Assembly (NCBI GenBank): GCA_038060895.1 | Contig: JBBTCT010000035.1 | Location: forward strand, 1 to 44,880 | Direction of reading: 5' to 3' | Length of the DNA stretch: 44,880 nucleotides | Source of the DNA: Planctomycetota bacterium | Lineage (GTDB): Bacteria; Planctomycetota; MHYJ01; WSZJ01 | Part shown: positions 18,767-27,560 of the stretch, piece after piece | Numbering within the stretch: position 1 is the stretch's first letter | Layout: each line of letters starts with the position of its first letter | Translations under genes and position numbers: made by a program | Notes under the pieces: generated by a model | What the model saw: only the letters and a program-made list of their open reading frames with translations | Told to the model about the DNA's origin: nothing | The model's database searches: none

Positions 18767-19270
18767 CTACGGGCAGTATTTCTGAGCGACCCAGACGTGC
18801 ATCTTCCCGATCTCGTTGATGACGGCCCGCCGGTGCGCCTCGGTCCCCTGCCAGTTGTTGAAGGCGCCGGCGCTGACTTCGGCGCGCCGGTGTCCCGTGT
18901 TGTCCGTGAGGTTCTTCGGCTTGATCAGGACCACCGTGTCGTGCCAGGCCTGCCCGGCGCCGACCAGGATGCGCGCCGCCTTGCTTCCGAGGTGGAACTC
19001 CAGCACGTCCGCGCGCAGCACCAGGTCCGCTGAGCCGGGGTCGGAAACCACGCGGAATCCGTAGTGGGTCAAGAGTTCTTCCGCGGCCTTCTTGATGTCC
19101 GCTTCCGTCGCGGCCTTGTCCAGCTCCGCATGGCAGTTGGTGATCTTCGGCGACTCGACGAAGACGTTCCGGCCTCCGACTCTCTCTATGTCCCGCTCGT
19201 AGTCGATCGGGCCGCAACCGGTTGCGGCCATCGCGGCGAAGGCGAACAGTGCGGCCGTGGCGAGCCTCAT
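18767..19270 (-). CDS. Lipoprotein, DUF4410-like
   Basis: Lipobox AATGC; DLVLRADVLEFHLGSKAARILVGAG resembles DUF4410; strong GGAGGAG SD. Confidence 0.6.
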   Translation of the reverse strand: MRLATAALFAFAAMAATGCGPIDYERDIERVGGRNVFVESPKITNCHAELDKAATEADIKKAAEELLTHYGFRVVSDPGSADLVLRADVLEFHLGSKAARILVGAGQAWHDTVVLIKPKNLTDNTGHRRAEVSAGAFNNWQGTEAHRRAVINEIGKMHVWVAQKYCP

Positions 19271-19366
19271 GGATGTCTCCTCCCCTTGTTGGAACCCCGA
19301 CGAACGGCGATCTCTTCGCGGCGAATCCTACCAGAAGCGCCGACGTTCCAGCCGGGGTCGCGGGGC

Positions 19367-19393
19367 AAAAAAAACCGCCCCTGAGAGGGGCGG
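19367..19393 (-). terminator. Intrinsic terminator
   Basis: Minus strand CCGCCCCT-CTC-AGGGGCGG perfect 8-bp stem followed by T8. Confidence 0.85.
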
Positions 19394-19813
19394 CGACGAA
19401 GGGCGGCGGTGCGGCTCAAGGCACACGATCTGCTCGCGACACGGACTTCACGGTCACCTGACCACCACAGGACGGACGGCAAAACCACGGGCCAATCACG
19501 TCACCGTCACCTTCTCCGTGTGTCGCACAGGCCTCCTTTCTTCTCCGCACGTCCCGCACCGATCCGCCCGACAGGCGCGCGCCGCCGACCGAGGGCACTT
19601 CACCGCCATCCCGCCTCGGACGGGCACGCGAAGGACGCGCGCCCCGACACCGGCTTCGCGGAGGCCGCTCGCGATCTGCGGATGGCTCCGCGGGACCATC
19701 ACGGCGTCCGGGGAGAGCGCTTCGAGGACCGGGCAGGACTGCCTCACTTCCCGACCCTGCCTCCGGTTCGCCTTGGGGAGCTTTTTCGCTCGCCTCGGGC
19801 TTTCCTCGGACCG
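19367..19813 (-). ncRNA. Putative sigma54-dependent structured non-coding RNA or 5' leader (family not recognised)
   Basis: Bounded by a sigma54 promoter (19825-19840) and a terminator (19367-19393); successive hairpins; no credible long ORF in the ~700-bp intergenic gap. Confidence 0.4.
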
Positions 19814-19824
19814 CTCTACTAGGG

Positions 19825-19840
19825 TGCAAGGTTCGTGCCC
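19825..19840 (-). promoter_or_regulatory. Sigma54 (-24/-12) promoter
   Basis: Minus strand GGGCACG-AACC-TTGCA versus consensus TGGCACG-N4-TTGCW; one mismatch, correct GG-N10-GC spacing, intergenic. Confidence 0.7.
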
Positions 19841-19974
19841 GGCCCGGTATGGATAGCCGGCGCGTCCGGCGCCGCAGAATGGCTCTTTTTGCGCGGAGAG
19901 GTGGGGCAGAAGAGCCATCTTCGATTCGTCGTCTTGAAGACGCACGCGCCGATCCCGGATGCGCACGAATGTTC

Positions 19975-20385
19975 CTACTTCTTGTCCTTCTGGAAAACCA
20001 GCGAGACCGAATTGATGCAGTACCGTTTGTGCGCCGGCGCCGGGCCGTCGTCGAACACGTGGCCGAGGTGGCCGCCGCACTTCGTGCAAGTCACCTCCGT
20101 CCGTACCATCCCGTGGCTCGCGTCCACGGTTTCGGCCACGCCGCCGTTGTCCGCCGGGTCGGTGAAACTCGGCCAGCCGCAGCCGGAGTCGAACTTTGAG
20201 TCCGAGCGGAAGAGCATTTCGCCGCAACCGGCGCATCGATAGACGCCCGGCTCATGGGAATTCCAGAAAGCACCCGTGAATGCCCGCTCGGTCCCTTTCT
20301 CGCGAAGGACGCGGTACTGCTCCGGCGTCAGCTTCACCTTCCATTCCGCTTCGGATCTGGGCAGCGGGGATTCGTCGTTCGGCAT
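19975..20385 (-). CDS. msrB: Peptide-methionine (R)-S-oxide reductase
   Basis: [12 protein letters not shown] and CTKC Zn ligands, [27 protein letters not shown]. Confidence 0.96.
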   Translation of the reverse strand: MPNDESPLPRSEAEWKVKLTPEQYRVLREKGTERAFTGAFWNSHEPGVYRCAGCGEMLFRSDSKFDSGCGWPSFTDPADNGGVAETVDASHGMVRTEVTCTKCGGHLGHVFDDGPAPAHKRYCINSVSLVFQKDKK

Positions 20386-20479
20386 CGGCTTCTCCTGGGT
20401 GCGGGCGGCCAGCCTATGTTACGCGCGCCGCGTCCCGCCGGACTGGTCACGCTCGAAGTCGCGTCGTACGATCCGGGGA

Positions 20480-20830
20480 ATGCCCACCTCCCCGGAATGG
20501 AAGACCGACCTCGACGCTGCACAGGCCGAAGCCCGCGCTTCCGGCCGCAAGGTCCTGCTCGACTTCGGCGCGCACTGGTGAGGGGGATGCAACGAGCTCG
20601 AGGCCGAGCTCTCGGATCCGCGCGTCGCGCCGCTCCTGGCGAAGTTCGTGCTGGTGAAGATGGACCTGACGGACCGTTCGGCGGCGAACCCGGCGCGGGC
20701 GGTGGCGATCAAGTACGCGGTGCGTAACATTCCGGACCTGCGGGTGCTGGCGCCGGAAGGGAAGCAGGTGGGGGTGATCGATTCGTCGGACGTGACAGAC
20801 CTGATCGCGCAGCTCCGGCTTTTTGCCTGA
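20480..20830 (+). CDS. Small thioredoxin-family protein, probable selenoprotein (UGGC active site)
   Basis: MPTSPEWKTDLDAAQAEARASGRKVLLDFGAHW-TGA(20579-20581)-GGCNELEAELSDPRVAPLLAKFVLVKMD...IPDLRVLAPEGK; frame continues into ORF 20648..20830; 116 aa on readthrough. Confidence 0.85.
20594..20611 (+). promoter_or_regulatory. Candidate bacterial SECIS hairpin of the thioredoxin gene
   Basis: Perfect GAGCTCG-AGGC-CGAGCTC stem-loop starting 13 nt after the UGA. Confidence 0.6.
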
Positions 20831-20845
20831 TTCTGCGGAGTGGAC

Positions 20846-20895
20846 TTGACTTCAGTTCCCGGGCGGCGTATGATGTGAGTGAATGTTCACTCACA
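20846..20895 (+). promoter_or_regulatory. Sigma70 promoter with palindromic operator (copy 1)
   Basis: TTGACT-N17-TATGAT followed directly by the perfect inverted repeat TGTGAGTGAA-TG-TTCACTCACA (20874-20895). Confidence 0.88.
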
Positions 20896-20948
20896 CATCC
20901 GAACGCGCCCCCCGATCCGCCGCTTCCGACCTCCCTGGAGCGCCTCCC

Positions 20949-22685
20949 ATGCCCTGCACCGAACTCACCTTCAAGTCCGTCGACGGCGTCCCCCTCTTCT
21001 ACCGCGCCTGGAACGCTTCCCGCCCCGGCACCCGCGCGGCAATCCTCTTCCATCGCGGCCACGAGCATTCCGGCCGCATGGAGGAAACCGCCGCCGCGCT
21101 CGCGGCCGCCGGTATGGCCGTCTTCGCGTGGGACCAGCGCGGACACGGGAAGTCTCCCGGGGACCGGGGATGGGCGGAGGACCTCGGTGTCTTCGTGAAG
21201 GACGCCGAAGCGTTCGCACGGCACCTCGAGCGAGAGCATGGCGTGCGCATGCAGGAGACGCTCATCCTCGGTTACAGCGTCGGCGCCGTCCTCGCCGCTT
21301 CCTGGATCCACGACTACGCCCCGCCCGTTCGCGGGCTCGTCCTCGCCGCGCCGGCGTTCCGCGTGAAGCTCTACGTCCCGTTTGCGCTCACGGCGCTTCG
21401 GCTGCGGCGACGGATGGGGGGAAAATTCTTCGTGAAGAGCTACGTGAAGAGCCGCTGGGTGACGCACGACCCGGACCAGCAGGACCTGTACGACGCGGAC
21501 CCGCTGATCTTCAGGCAGATCGCGGGCAACATCCTGCTCGACCTGCGCGACGCGAGCGAGCGGCTGATCCGGGACGCGGGGGCGATCGTGGCGCCGACGC
21601 TCGTCCTGTCGGCCGCGCAGGACTACGTCGTCAGCGTCGCAGACCAGAAGCGGTTCTTCGACGGTCTGTCTTCGCCTCTCAAGGAATGGCACCTGCTTTC
21701 CGGGTTCCATCACGCGGTCCTGCACGAACGCGAACGGGCGATGGCGATCGGGATGATCGTGGATTTCGCGAAGCGCTGTTTCGATCGTCCCGCCGGCGAT
21801 GGGGCATCGCTGCTGCAGGCTCACCGCGCGGGATTCACGCAGCGAGAGCATGACGAGCTGAGCACGCCGTTGTCGATCTTCTCGCCGAAGCGCTGGATGT
21901 TCGCCGCGGCGCGCGCCTGGATGCGCACGGTGGGACGGCTGAGCGACGGGATCGCCCTCGGCTGGCGCCGCGGGTTCGACTCCGGCGTGTCCCTCGATCA
22001 CGTCTACCGGGACCGCGCTTCCGGAAGCCTCGGGCTCGGGCGCCTCATCGACCGCGTCTACCTCAACTCGATCGGCTGGCGCGGAATCCGGCGCCGCAAG
22101 CAGAACATGGAATCGCTTCTCGCTTCGGCAATCGCCGAAACCCGCGCCGCGGGGCGACCCGTCCGCATCCTCGACGTCGCGTGCGGAGGCGGCAGGTACG
22201 TGCTGGATGCGCTTCGGCGCGACGGCGCCAACGGCACCACGGCCGTCCTGCGCGACTGGAGCGACGCGTCGGTGCGCCGCGCCACCGACCTGGCGCGCGA
22301 GCTCGGCGTCCCCGGCGTCACGGTCGAGAAGTCGGACGCGTTCGACCGCGCTTCGCTCGAGTCCGTCTCCCCCGCGCCGACGATCGCCATCGTCTCGGGC
22401 CTCTACGAACTATTCGGCGACAACGACCGCGTTCTCGAGTCCCTCAAGGGAATCGCCGCCGCCATGAAAGACGGCGGAGTCCTGCTCTACACGAACCAGC
22501 CGTGGCATCCTCAGCTGGAGATGATCGCCCGCGTCCTCGTCAACCGCGACGGCGCGCCCTGGATCATGCGGCGCCGCACGCAGGCCGAGATGGACCAGCT
22601 CGCGGCTGCGGCGGGGTTCGTGAAACGCTCGATGGAGGTGGACCCATGGGGAATCTTCACGGTGTCGCTGGCCGCGAAGGCGTGA
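20949..22685 (+). CDS. Bifunctional alpha/beta hydrolase / class I SAM methyltransferase, YnbC-like
   Basis: LFHRGHEHSGR, WDQRGHGKSPG, GYSVG nucleophile, then ILDVACGGGRY, IVSGLYELF, YTNQPWHPQLEMIAR; GGAG SD. Confidence 0.88.
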   Translation: MPCTELTFKSVDGVPLFYRAWNASRPGTRAAILFHRGHEHSGRMEETAAALAAAGMAVFAWDQRGHGKSPGDRGWAEDLGVFVKDAEAFARHLEREHGVRMQETLILGYSVGAVLAASWIHDYAPPVRGLVLAAPAFRVKLYVPFALTALRLRRRMGGKFFVKSYVKSRWVTHDPDQQDLYDADPLIFRQIAGNILLDLRDASERLIRDAGAIVAPTLVLSAAQDYVVSVADQKRFFDGLSSPLKEWHLLSGFHHAVLHERERAMAIGMIVDFAKRCFDRPAGDGASLLQAHRAGFTQREHDELSTPLSIFSPKRWMFAAARAWMRTVGRLSDGIALGWRRGFDSGVSLDHVYRDRASGSLGLGRLIDRVYLNSIGWRGIRRRKQNMESLLASAIAETRAAGRPVRILDVACGGGRYVLDALRRDGANGTTAVLRDWSDASVRRATDLARELGVPGVTVEKSDAFDRASLESVSPAPTIAIVSGLYELFGDNDRVLESLKGIAAAMKDGGVLLYTNQPWHPQLEMIARVLVNRDGAPWIMRRRTQAEMDQLAAAAGFVKRSMEVDPWGIFTVSLAAKA

Positions 22686-24022
22686 CCGCCGGCGACGCGC
22701 GTCCCTCCCGGTGGGAAGCGCTCGCCGTGGCCACGGGGTTGTCGATTCTGTTCTTCGCGGTCTACGGGACGTGCAACGCGCTGGCAGCCCGGGCGGGCGA
22801 CGCCGGGGTCATCTGCGCCGAATGGGAACGTCGCATCCCGTTCGTGCCGGCCGCCATCGTCCCGTACTGGTCGATCGACCTGCTGTTCTTCCTCGCGCCG
22901 TTCCTCCTGACGACGCGCCGCGCCCTGCGCACGCACGCGGTGCGCATCGTCGCGGCGACGCTTGCCTCCGGCGTGTTCTTCCTCGTGTTTCCCCTCACGT
23001 TCGCGTGGCCCCGGCCGCCCGTGGACGGCGCCCTCGGCGCGCTGTTCGGCGCCCTCGATACGATGGACGACCCGCACAACCTGTTTCCGTCCCTGCATGT
23101 CGCCTACGCGACGATCCTCTGGCCGGTCTTCGCCACGCTGCGACGCAAGGGTCGCCTCTTCTTCCAGGCCTGCCTCGTCCTGACCGTCGCTTCGACGCTC
23201 TTCACCTGGCAACATCACGTCGCCGACCTCGTCGGCGGTTTCGCCCTCGGGTCGCTGTGCCTCCTGCTGTGGCCCGGAAGCGCCCCCGACGCCGCGCCCG
23301 GCGGACGTCTCCACGCCATTCCGGGCCTGGCGTACCTCGCGGGCTCGGTCGCCTGCATGGCGGCCGCCTTCCTCCTTCCGTCCGCGTGGGGACTGGCGTG
23401 GCCGGCGTTTGCCCTCGCCTGGGTGGGCGCCGCGTACCTCGGTCTCGGCCCCGCGACATTCCGCAAGTCGGGCGGAACTCTGCCGGTCGCGTCGCGCTTC
23501 CTCCTCGCCCCCGTCCTGGCCGGCTCGTGGGTGAACTGGCGCCTTCGCGCGAACGGCCGGCCTCCCTGGTCCGAGATCGCGCCGGGGCTGTTCCTCGGAC
23601 GCGCGCTGACGGAAAGGGAAGCGGCGAAGCTGCTCTCGAGGGGCGTCGTTCGCGTCCTGGATCTCACCGCAGAATTCTCCGCGCCGCGCGCTTTCCGCGG
23701 CATCGCGTACGCAAACTTTCCCGTCCTTGACCTGACGCCGCCGCGTCTCGATCAGATCCAGCAGGCGGTCGAGTTCCTTCGCAGGAGTCCCGGGCCGGCG
23801 TACGTCCACTGCGCGATCGGCCTGGGAAGAAGCGCCGCCATTGCCGCCGCCTGGCTGGTCGCGACGGGCCACGCGAGAACCGTTGAATCTGCCATCGAAT
23901 CCCTGAAGACCGCCAGGCCGGGCGTCGTATTCCCCGAGGCTTCGCGCCTCGTGCTCGAGAGTTTCGCGAGAATGCACTCCGATGCCGTGAACCTGGACTC
24001 CGCGGGCGCGCTTCACTCCTGA
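22682..24022 (+). CDS. PAP2 / dual-specificity phosphatase fusion, YnbD-like
   Basis: WERRIPFVP..IVPYWSID, FPSLH, TWQHHVAD, HCAIGLGRS (HCX5R); GTG start overlaps the upstream stop (GTGA). Confidence 0.88.
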   Translation: MTAGDARPSRWEALAVATGLSILFFAVYGTCNALAARAGDAGVICAEWERRIPFVPAAIVPYWSIDLLFFLAPFLLTTRRALRTHAVRIVAATLASGVFFLVFPLTFAWPRPPVDGALGALFGALDTMDDPHNLFPSLHVAYATILWPVFATLRRKGRLFFQACLVLTVASTLFTWQHHVADLVGGFALGSLCLLLWPGSAPDAAPGGRLHAIPGLAYLAGSVACMAAAFLLPSAWGLAWPAFALAWVGAAYLGLGPATFRKSGGTLPVASRFLLAPVLAGSWVNWRLRANGRPPWSEIAPGLFLGRALTEREAAKLLSRGVVRVLDLTAEFSAPRAFRGIAYANFPVLDLTPPRLDQIQQAVEFLRRSPGPAYVHCAIGLGRSAAIAAAWLVATGHARTVESAIESLKTARPGVVFPEASRLVLESFARMHSDAVNLDSAGALHS

Positions 24023-24056
24023 AGCGCGCCGGGGAGAACCGAGACCGGGAGACAAA

Positions 24057-24731
24057 ATGGACGCTTACGCACCGAAGTCGCGCCGTCCGATCGCCGGCAT
24101 TTTCCGCCGCACGGCGGACTGGGCCGTGAGCGCGTGCGTGAGTCTGGGCATCCACCCGGACACCATCTCCTACGCCTCCATCGTGGCTGCCGCGGGCGCG
24201 GGAGCCTGTTTCTTCTACTCCGGGCGCGTCCCCGCACTGCTCTTCGCCGCCCCGCTTCTCTGCCTCCTGCGTCTCTGGTTCAACATGCTCGACGGCATGG
24301 TCGCCCTCGCTTCCGGCAAAGCCAGCCGGCGCGGCGAGATCGTCAACGAGCTTCCCGACCGCGTGAGCGATGTCCTGATCTTCGCAGGCGTGGCGCACTC
24401 GGGGCTCTGCTGCCCGCTCTTCGGCTACTGGGCGATCATCGGCGCGCTCCTTACGGCGTACGTCGGGGTGCTCGGGCAGGCGGTGGCGGGGAAGCGCGAA
24501 TACGGCGGCGTGATGTCAAAGCAGTGGCGGATGGTGGCGCTGATGGCGGCGTCGGTGGCGGCCGGCGTGCTGGGGTGGCGCGGCCTGACGGACGAGTGGC
24601 GGGGGTGGAGCGTGCTCGACGGCGCGCTCATGCTGGTCATCGCCGGCTCCGTGGAAACGTGCGTCGTCCGGCTCGCGAACACGCTGAGACTTTTGCGCGA
24701 CCGGCCTGCGGCAGGCGGGCCGCGGCCATGA
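24057..24731 (+). CDS. CDP-alcohol phosphatidyltransferase, YnbA-like
   Basis: NMLDGMVALASGKASRRGEIVNELPDRVSD matches the DG(x2)A(x9)G(x6)D(x3)D signature; HPDTIS. Confidence 0.9.
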   Translation: MDAYAPKSRRPIAGIFRRTADWAVSACVSLGIHPDTISYASIVAAAGAGACFFYSGRVPALLFAAPLLCLLRLWFNMLDGMVALASGKASRRGEIVNELPDRVSDVLIFAGVAHSGLCCPLFGYWAIIGALLTAYVGVLGQAVAGKREYGGVMSKQWRMVALMAASVAAGVLGWRGLTDEWRGWSVLDGALMLVIAGSVETCVVRLANTLRLLRDRPAAGGPRP

Positions 24732-25813
24732 GCTTCCTCCGCCGGGCGCCTGCATGGCTTCTCCTCGCCCTCGTGGCGCTCGCTGGCTGCGGTCCCGAAA
24801 AGCGCAATCCGTCGCCGCCCGTGAGCGCCGGGCCGTACGCGTGGCCGTGCCTGCCCGTGAACTGGCGCACGGCCTTCGACAGCCCCGTCTATCGCACCTA
24901 CGCGCTGCTGGTCGGAGGCGCCCTCCTGGCCGGCGCGCTCGGGCTTCTCATCGCGCGTTTCGTCTTCAGGCGCGACGTGGCGAAAATCTGGATCACGTAC
25001 CGCTCGTGGCTCTTCATGGCGCCGCTGGCATTCCTGGTGATCGGGCTCGGCCGCGAAGTCACGATCGTTGCACTGACGGCGCTCTCGGTCCTCGGCGTGA
25101 AGGAATTCGCGCGCGCCACCGGGCTGTACCGCGACTGGTGGATGACGGGCGCCTCCTACCTGGCGATCGTGGCGACCGGCGTCGCAACCCTCGTTGGCGA
25201 CCCGACCTACACGGGACTTCACGGCTGGTGGGGCCTGTTCCTCGCGATGCCTGCCTTCGCGATCACGGTCTTCGTGCTGATCCCGATCCTCCGCGACCGC
25301 GTCGCCGGCCAGCTCCAGTACATCGCCCTCACAATCCTCGCCTTCCTCTACCTCGGCTGGATGTTCGGCCACCTCCCCTGGCTCGCAAACACCAACCACG
25401 CCTACGGCTACCTCCTCTACCTCATCTTCGCCGTCGAGCTCAACGACATCGCCGCTTTCACCTTCGGGAGAATCTTCGGCCGCCACAAACTCCGCCCGGC
25501 CATCAGCCCCAACAAGACCTGGGAAGGCGCCCTCGGCGCCCTCGCCGTCTCGATGGCACTGCCCTGGCTCCTCCGCTTTTCGTTTCCGCACTTCACGCCC
25601 ACCGACCTCATCCTCACCGGCCTCATCGTCGGCGTCGGCGGCCAGCTCGGCGACCTCTCCATCTCCGTCATCAAGCGCGATCTCGGCGTCAAGGACATGG
25701 GCGCCCTCATCCCCGGCCACGGCGGCGTCCTCGACCGCATCGACAGCCTCCTCTACACCGCCCCACTCTTCCTCCACCTCATCCAGAACAGCCATGGAAT
25801 CTACGCCCACTGA
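24728..25813 (+). CDS. Phosphatidate cytidylyltransferase, YnbB/CdsA-like
   Basis: ISPNKTWEG, GDLSISVIKRDLGVKDMGALIPGHGGVLDRIDS signature; ATG 24728 overlaps the upstream stop. Confidence 0.92.
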   Translation: MSFLRRAPAWLLLALVALAGCGPEKRNPSPPVSAGPYAWPCLPVNWRTAFDSPVYRTYALLVGGALLAGALGLLIARFVFRRDVAKIWITYRSWLFMAPLAFLVIGLGREVTIVALTALSVLGVKEFARATGLYRDWWMTGASYLAIVATGVATLVGDPTYTGLHGWWGLFLAMPAFAITVFVLIPILRDRVAGQLQYIALTILAFLYLGWMFGHLPWLANTNHAYGYLLYLIFAVELNDIAAFTFGRIFGRHKLRPAISPNKTWEGALGALAVSMALPWLLRFSFPHFTPTDLILTGLIVGVGGQLGDLSISVIKRDLGVKDMGALIPGHGGVLDRIDSLLYTAPLFLHLIQNSHGIYAH

Positions 25814-26528
25814 CGCCGCCCCGCACGACTGGGTCTACGAGCCCGCCCCCGACCTGGGCGAGTCCCTCGTCGACCGGCTGCGCCGTTTTCCGCGCGAGCC
25901 CGACATGCTCGTCTACGGCGCGCGCGCCCTGGCAGCCATCGCGATCCGCGTCGGGCTCCGCGTGTGGCACCGGCTGGAGATTTCCGGAAGAGAAAACCTG
26001 CCCGCAGAAGGGGCGTTCGTGATGGTTGCGAACCACTCGAGTCACCTCGACACGCTCGCGCTCTTGTCCGCGCTTCCGTTCTCGCGCCTCCACAACGCGT
26101 TCCCCGCCGCCGCCGCCGACACGTTCTTCACTTCGGTCCCGCGAATCGCACTGGCCACGATCGCCATCAATGCGCTTCCGTTTCACCGCAAGACGCGGCA
26201 GAAGAGGAGCCTTGATCTCTGCCGTGGCCTGCTGGGGAACCCGAAGAACGTCCTGATCCTGTTTCCCGAGGGGACGCGCTCCGCGACGGGAGAGATCGGC
26301 GAGTTCAAGCCGGGCATCGGCCTGCTGCTCGCGGGAAGCGACATCCCCGTAGTCCCCTGCCGGATCGAAGGAGCTCACGCCGCCTGGCCGCGACACGCCT
26401 GCATCCCGCGGCCGCGGAAGCTCCGCCTCCGGATCGGCACGCCCCGTAGCTACGCCGATCTGCCGCGCGGGCGCGAGTCGGCCGAATGGATCGCGGAGGA
26501 GTTGCGCAGCGCGGTGCTGGAAGCCTGA
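25794..26528 (+). CDS. Lysophospholipid (1-acyl-sn-glycerol-3-phosphate) acyltransferase family
   Basis: ANHSSHLD (HX4D), FPEGTRS, FKPG motifs. Confidence 0.92.
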   Translation: MESTPTDAAPHDWVYEPAPDLGESLVDRLRRFPREPDMLVYGARALAAIAIRVGLRVWHRLEISGRENLPAEGAFVMVANHSSHLDTLALLSALPFSRLHNAFPAAAADTFFTSVPRIALATIAINALPFHRKTRQKRSLDLCRGLLGNPKNVLILFPEGTRSATGEIGEFKPGIGLLLAGSDIPVVPCRIEGAHAAWPRHACIPRPRKLRLRIGTPRSYADLPRGRESAEWIAEELRSAVLEA

Positions 26529-26555
26529 CCGGCCATTTCGCGTTCGCTGAACTGC

Positions 26556-27560
26556 CTACCCCAGGACGTGCGTCAACATCGCCCGCTGCCCGTGAATCCG
26601 GTTCTCCGCCTCGTCGATGATCAGGCACTTCTTCGAGTCGGCGACCTCGTCGGTCATCTTGACGTTGCGGCGCATCGGGAGGCAGTGGCTCACCCAGGCG
26701 TCGTTGGTCATCTTCATTTTGTGGGCGTCGACAATGAAGTGCCGGTGCGGCTCGCGGATCGCCTTCTCCTCTTCCCAGCGCCCGAAGTAGTCGAGGCGGC
26801 CCCAGCTCTTGCAGTAGACGAAGTCCGCGCCCCCGTACGCCTTCGAGATCTCGTCGGTGACCGTGACGGTCCCGCCCTGCGCCCTCGCGTTCTCGCGCGC
26901 CTGGTCCATGAACATCGGGTCGAGGTCGTACCCGGGCGGGCGCAGCACGGTGAGGTTCATGCCCATCTTCGTCGAGATCAGCGCCGCCGAGTTCGCGACC
27001 GCCGTGTTCAGCCCCTTCGGGTGGAACGTCCACGTCAGCAGGAACTTCTTCCCGTCCGTCTTCTTCATCTTCTCCTTCATTGTCAGCGCCATCGCCAGCT
27101 CCTGGCACGGATGCACGATCGTTTCCATGTTGATCACGGGGACGCCCGCGTACCGCTCGATCGCGCGCAACATCGAGTCCTGTTTGTCGACCGTCCAGTC
27201 CTGGAACTTCGGGAAGCACCGCACGCAGACCGCGTCAAAAAAACGCCCCAGCACCCGCGCCGCATCCTTCACGTGCTCCTCCGCCTCGCCGTCCATCGCG
27301 ATCCCCTCGCGCCACTCCATCGCCCATGCGTCCTTCCCGGGCTGAAGCGTCACCGCGTGCCCGCCGAGTTGCCACGCCGCGAGCTCGAACGAAGACCGCG
27401 TGCGCAACGACGGGTTGAAGAACAGCAGGGCGAGCCTCGGCTTCGACTTGAGCGGCTTCCAGCCCTTTTTCTTTTGAAGAGCGGCGGTCGCGAGGATCTG
27501 CTCGATTTCGCGGCGCGTGAAATCCTGGGTGCAGAGAAAGTTGCGGCCTTTGAGGGACAT
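26556..27560 (-). CDS. argF: N-acetylornithine carbamoyltransferase (ArgF'/AOTCase)
   Basis: FNPSLRTR, MDGEAEEHVKD, HPCQE, WTFHPKGLNTAVANS, SHCLPMRRNVK motifs distinguish AOTCase from canonical OTCase. Confidence 0.88.
   Translation of the reverse strand: MSLKGRNFLCTQDFTRREIEQILATAALQKKKGWKPLKSKPRLALLFFNPSLRTRSSFELAAWQLGGHAVTLQPGKDAWAMEWREGIAMDGEAEEHVKDAARVLGRFFDAVCVRCFPKFQDWTVDKQDSMLRAIERYAGVPVINMETIVHPCQELAMALTMKEKMKKTDGKKFLLTWTFHPKGLNTAVANSAALISTKMGMNLTVLRPPGYDLDPMFMDQARENARAQGGTVTVTDEISKAYGGADFVYCKSWGRLDYFGRWEEEKAIREPHRHFIVDAHKMKMTNDAWVSHCLPMRRNVKMTDEVADSKKCLIIDEAENRIHGQRAMLTHVLG

Noticed and set aside
19790-19810. GAGGAAAGCCCG on the minus strand resembles the RNase P RNA motif GAGGAAAGUCC
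   Set aside because: One mismatch in the core and none of the other universally conserved RNase P regions (including the 3' AxAACxCGGCUUA-like segment) could be found.
18033-20581. Genome-wide UGA reassignment (Trp/Gly) as the reason for the two in-frame TGAs
   Set aside because: Many clear genes end in TGA, including ATGA/GTGA overlaps, and both internal TGAs fall at a Cys position.
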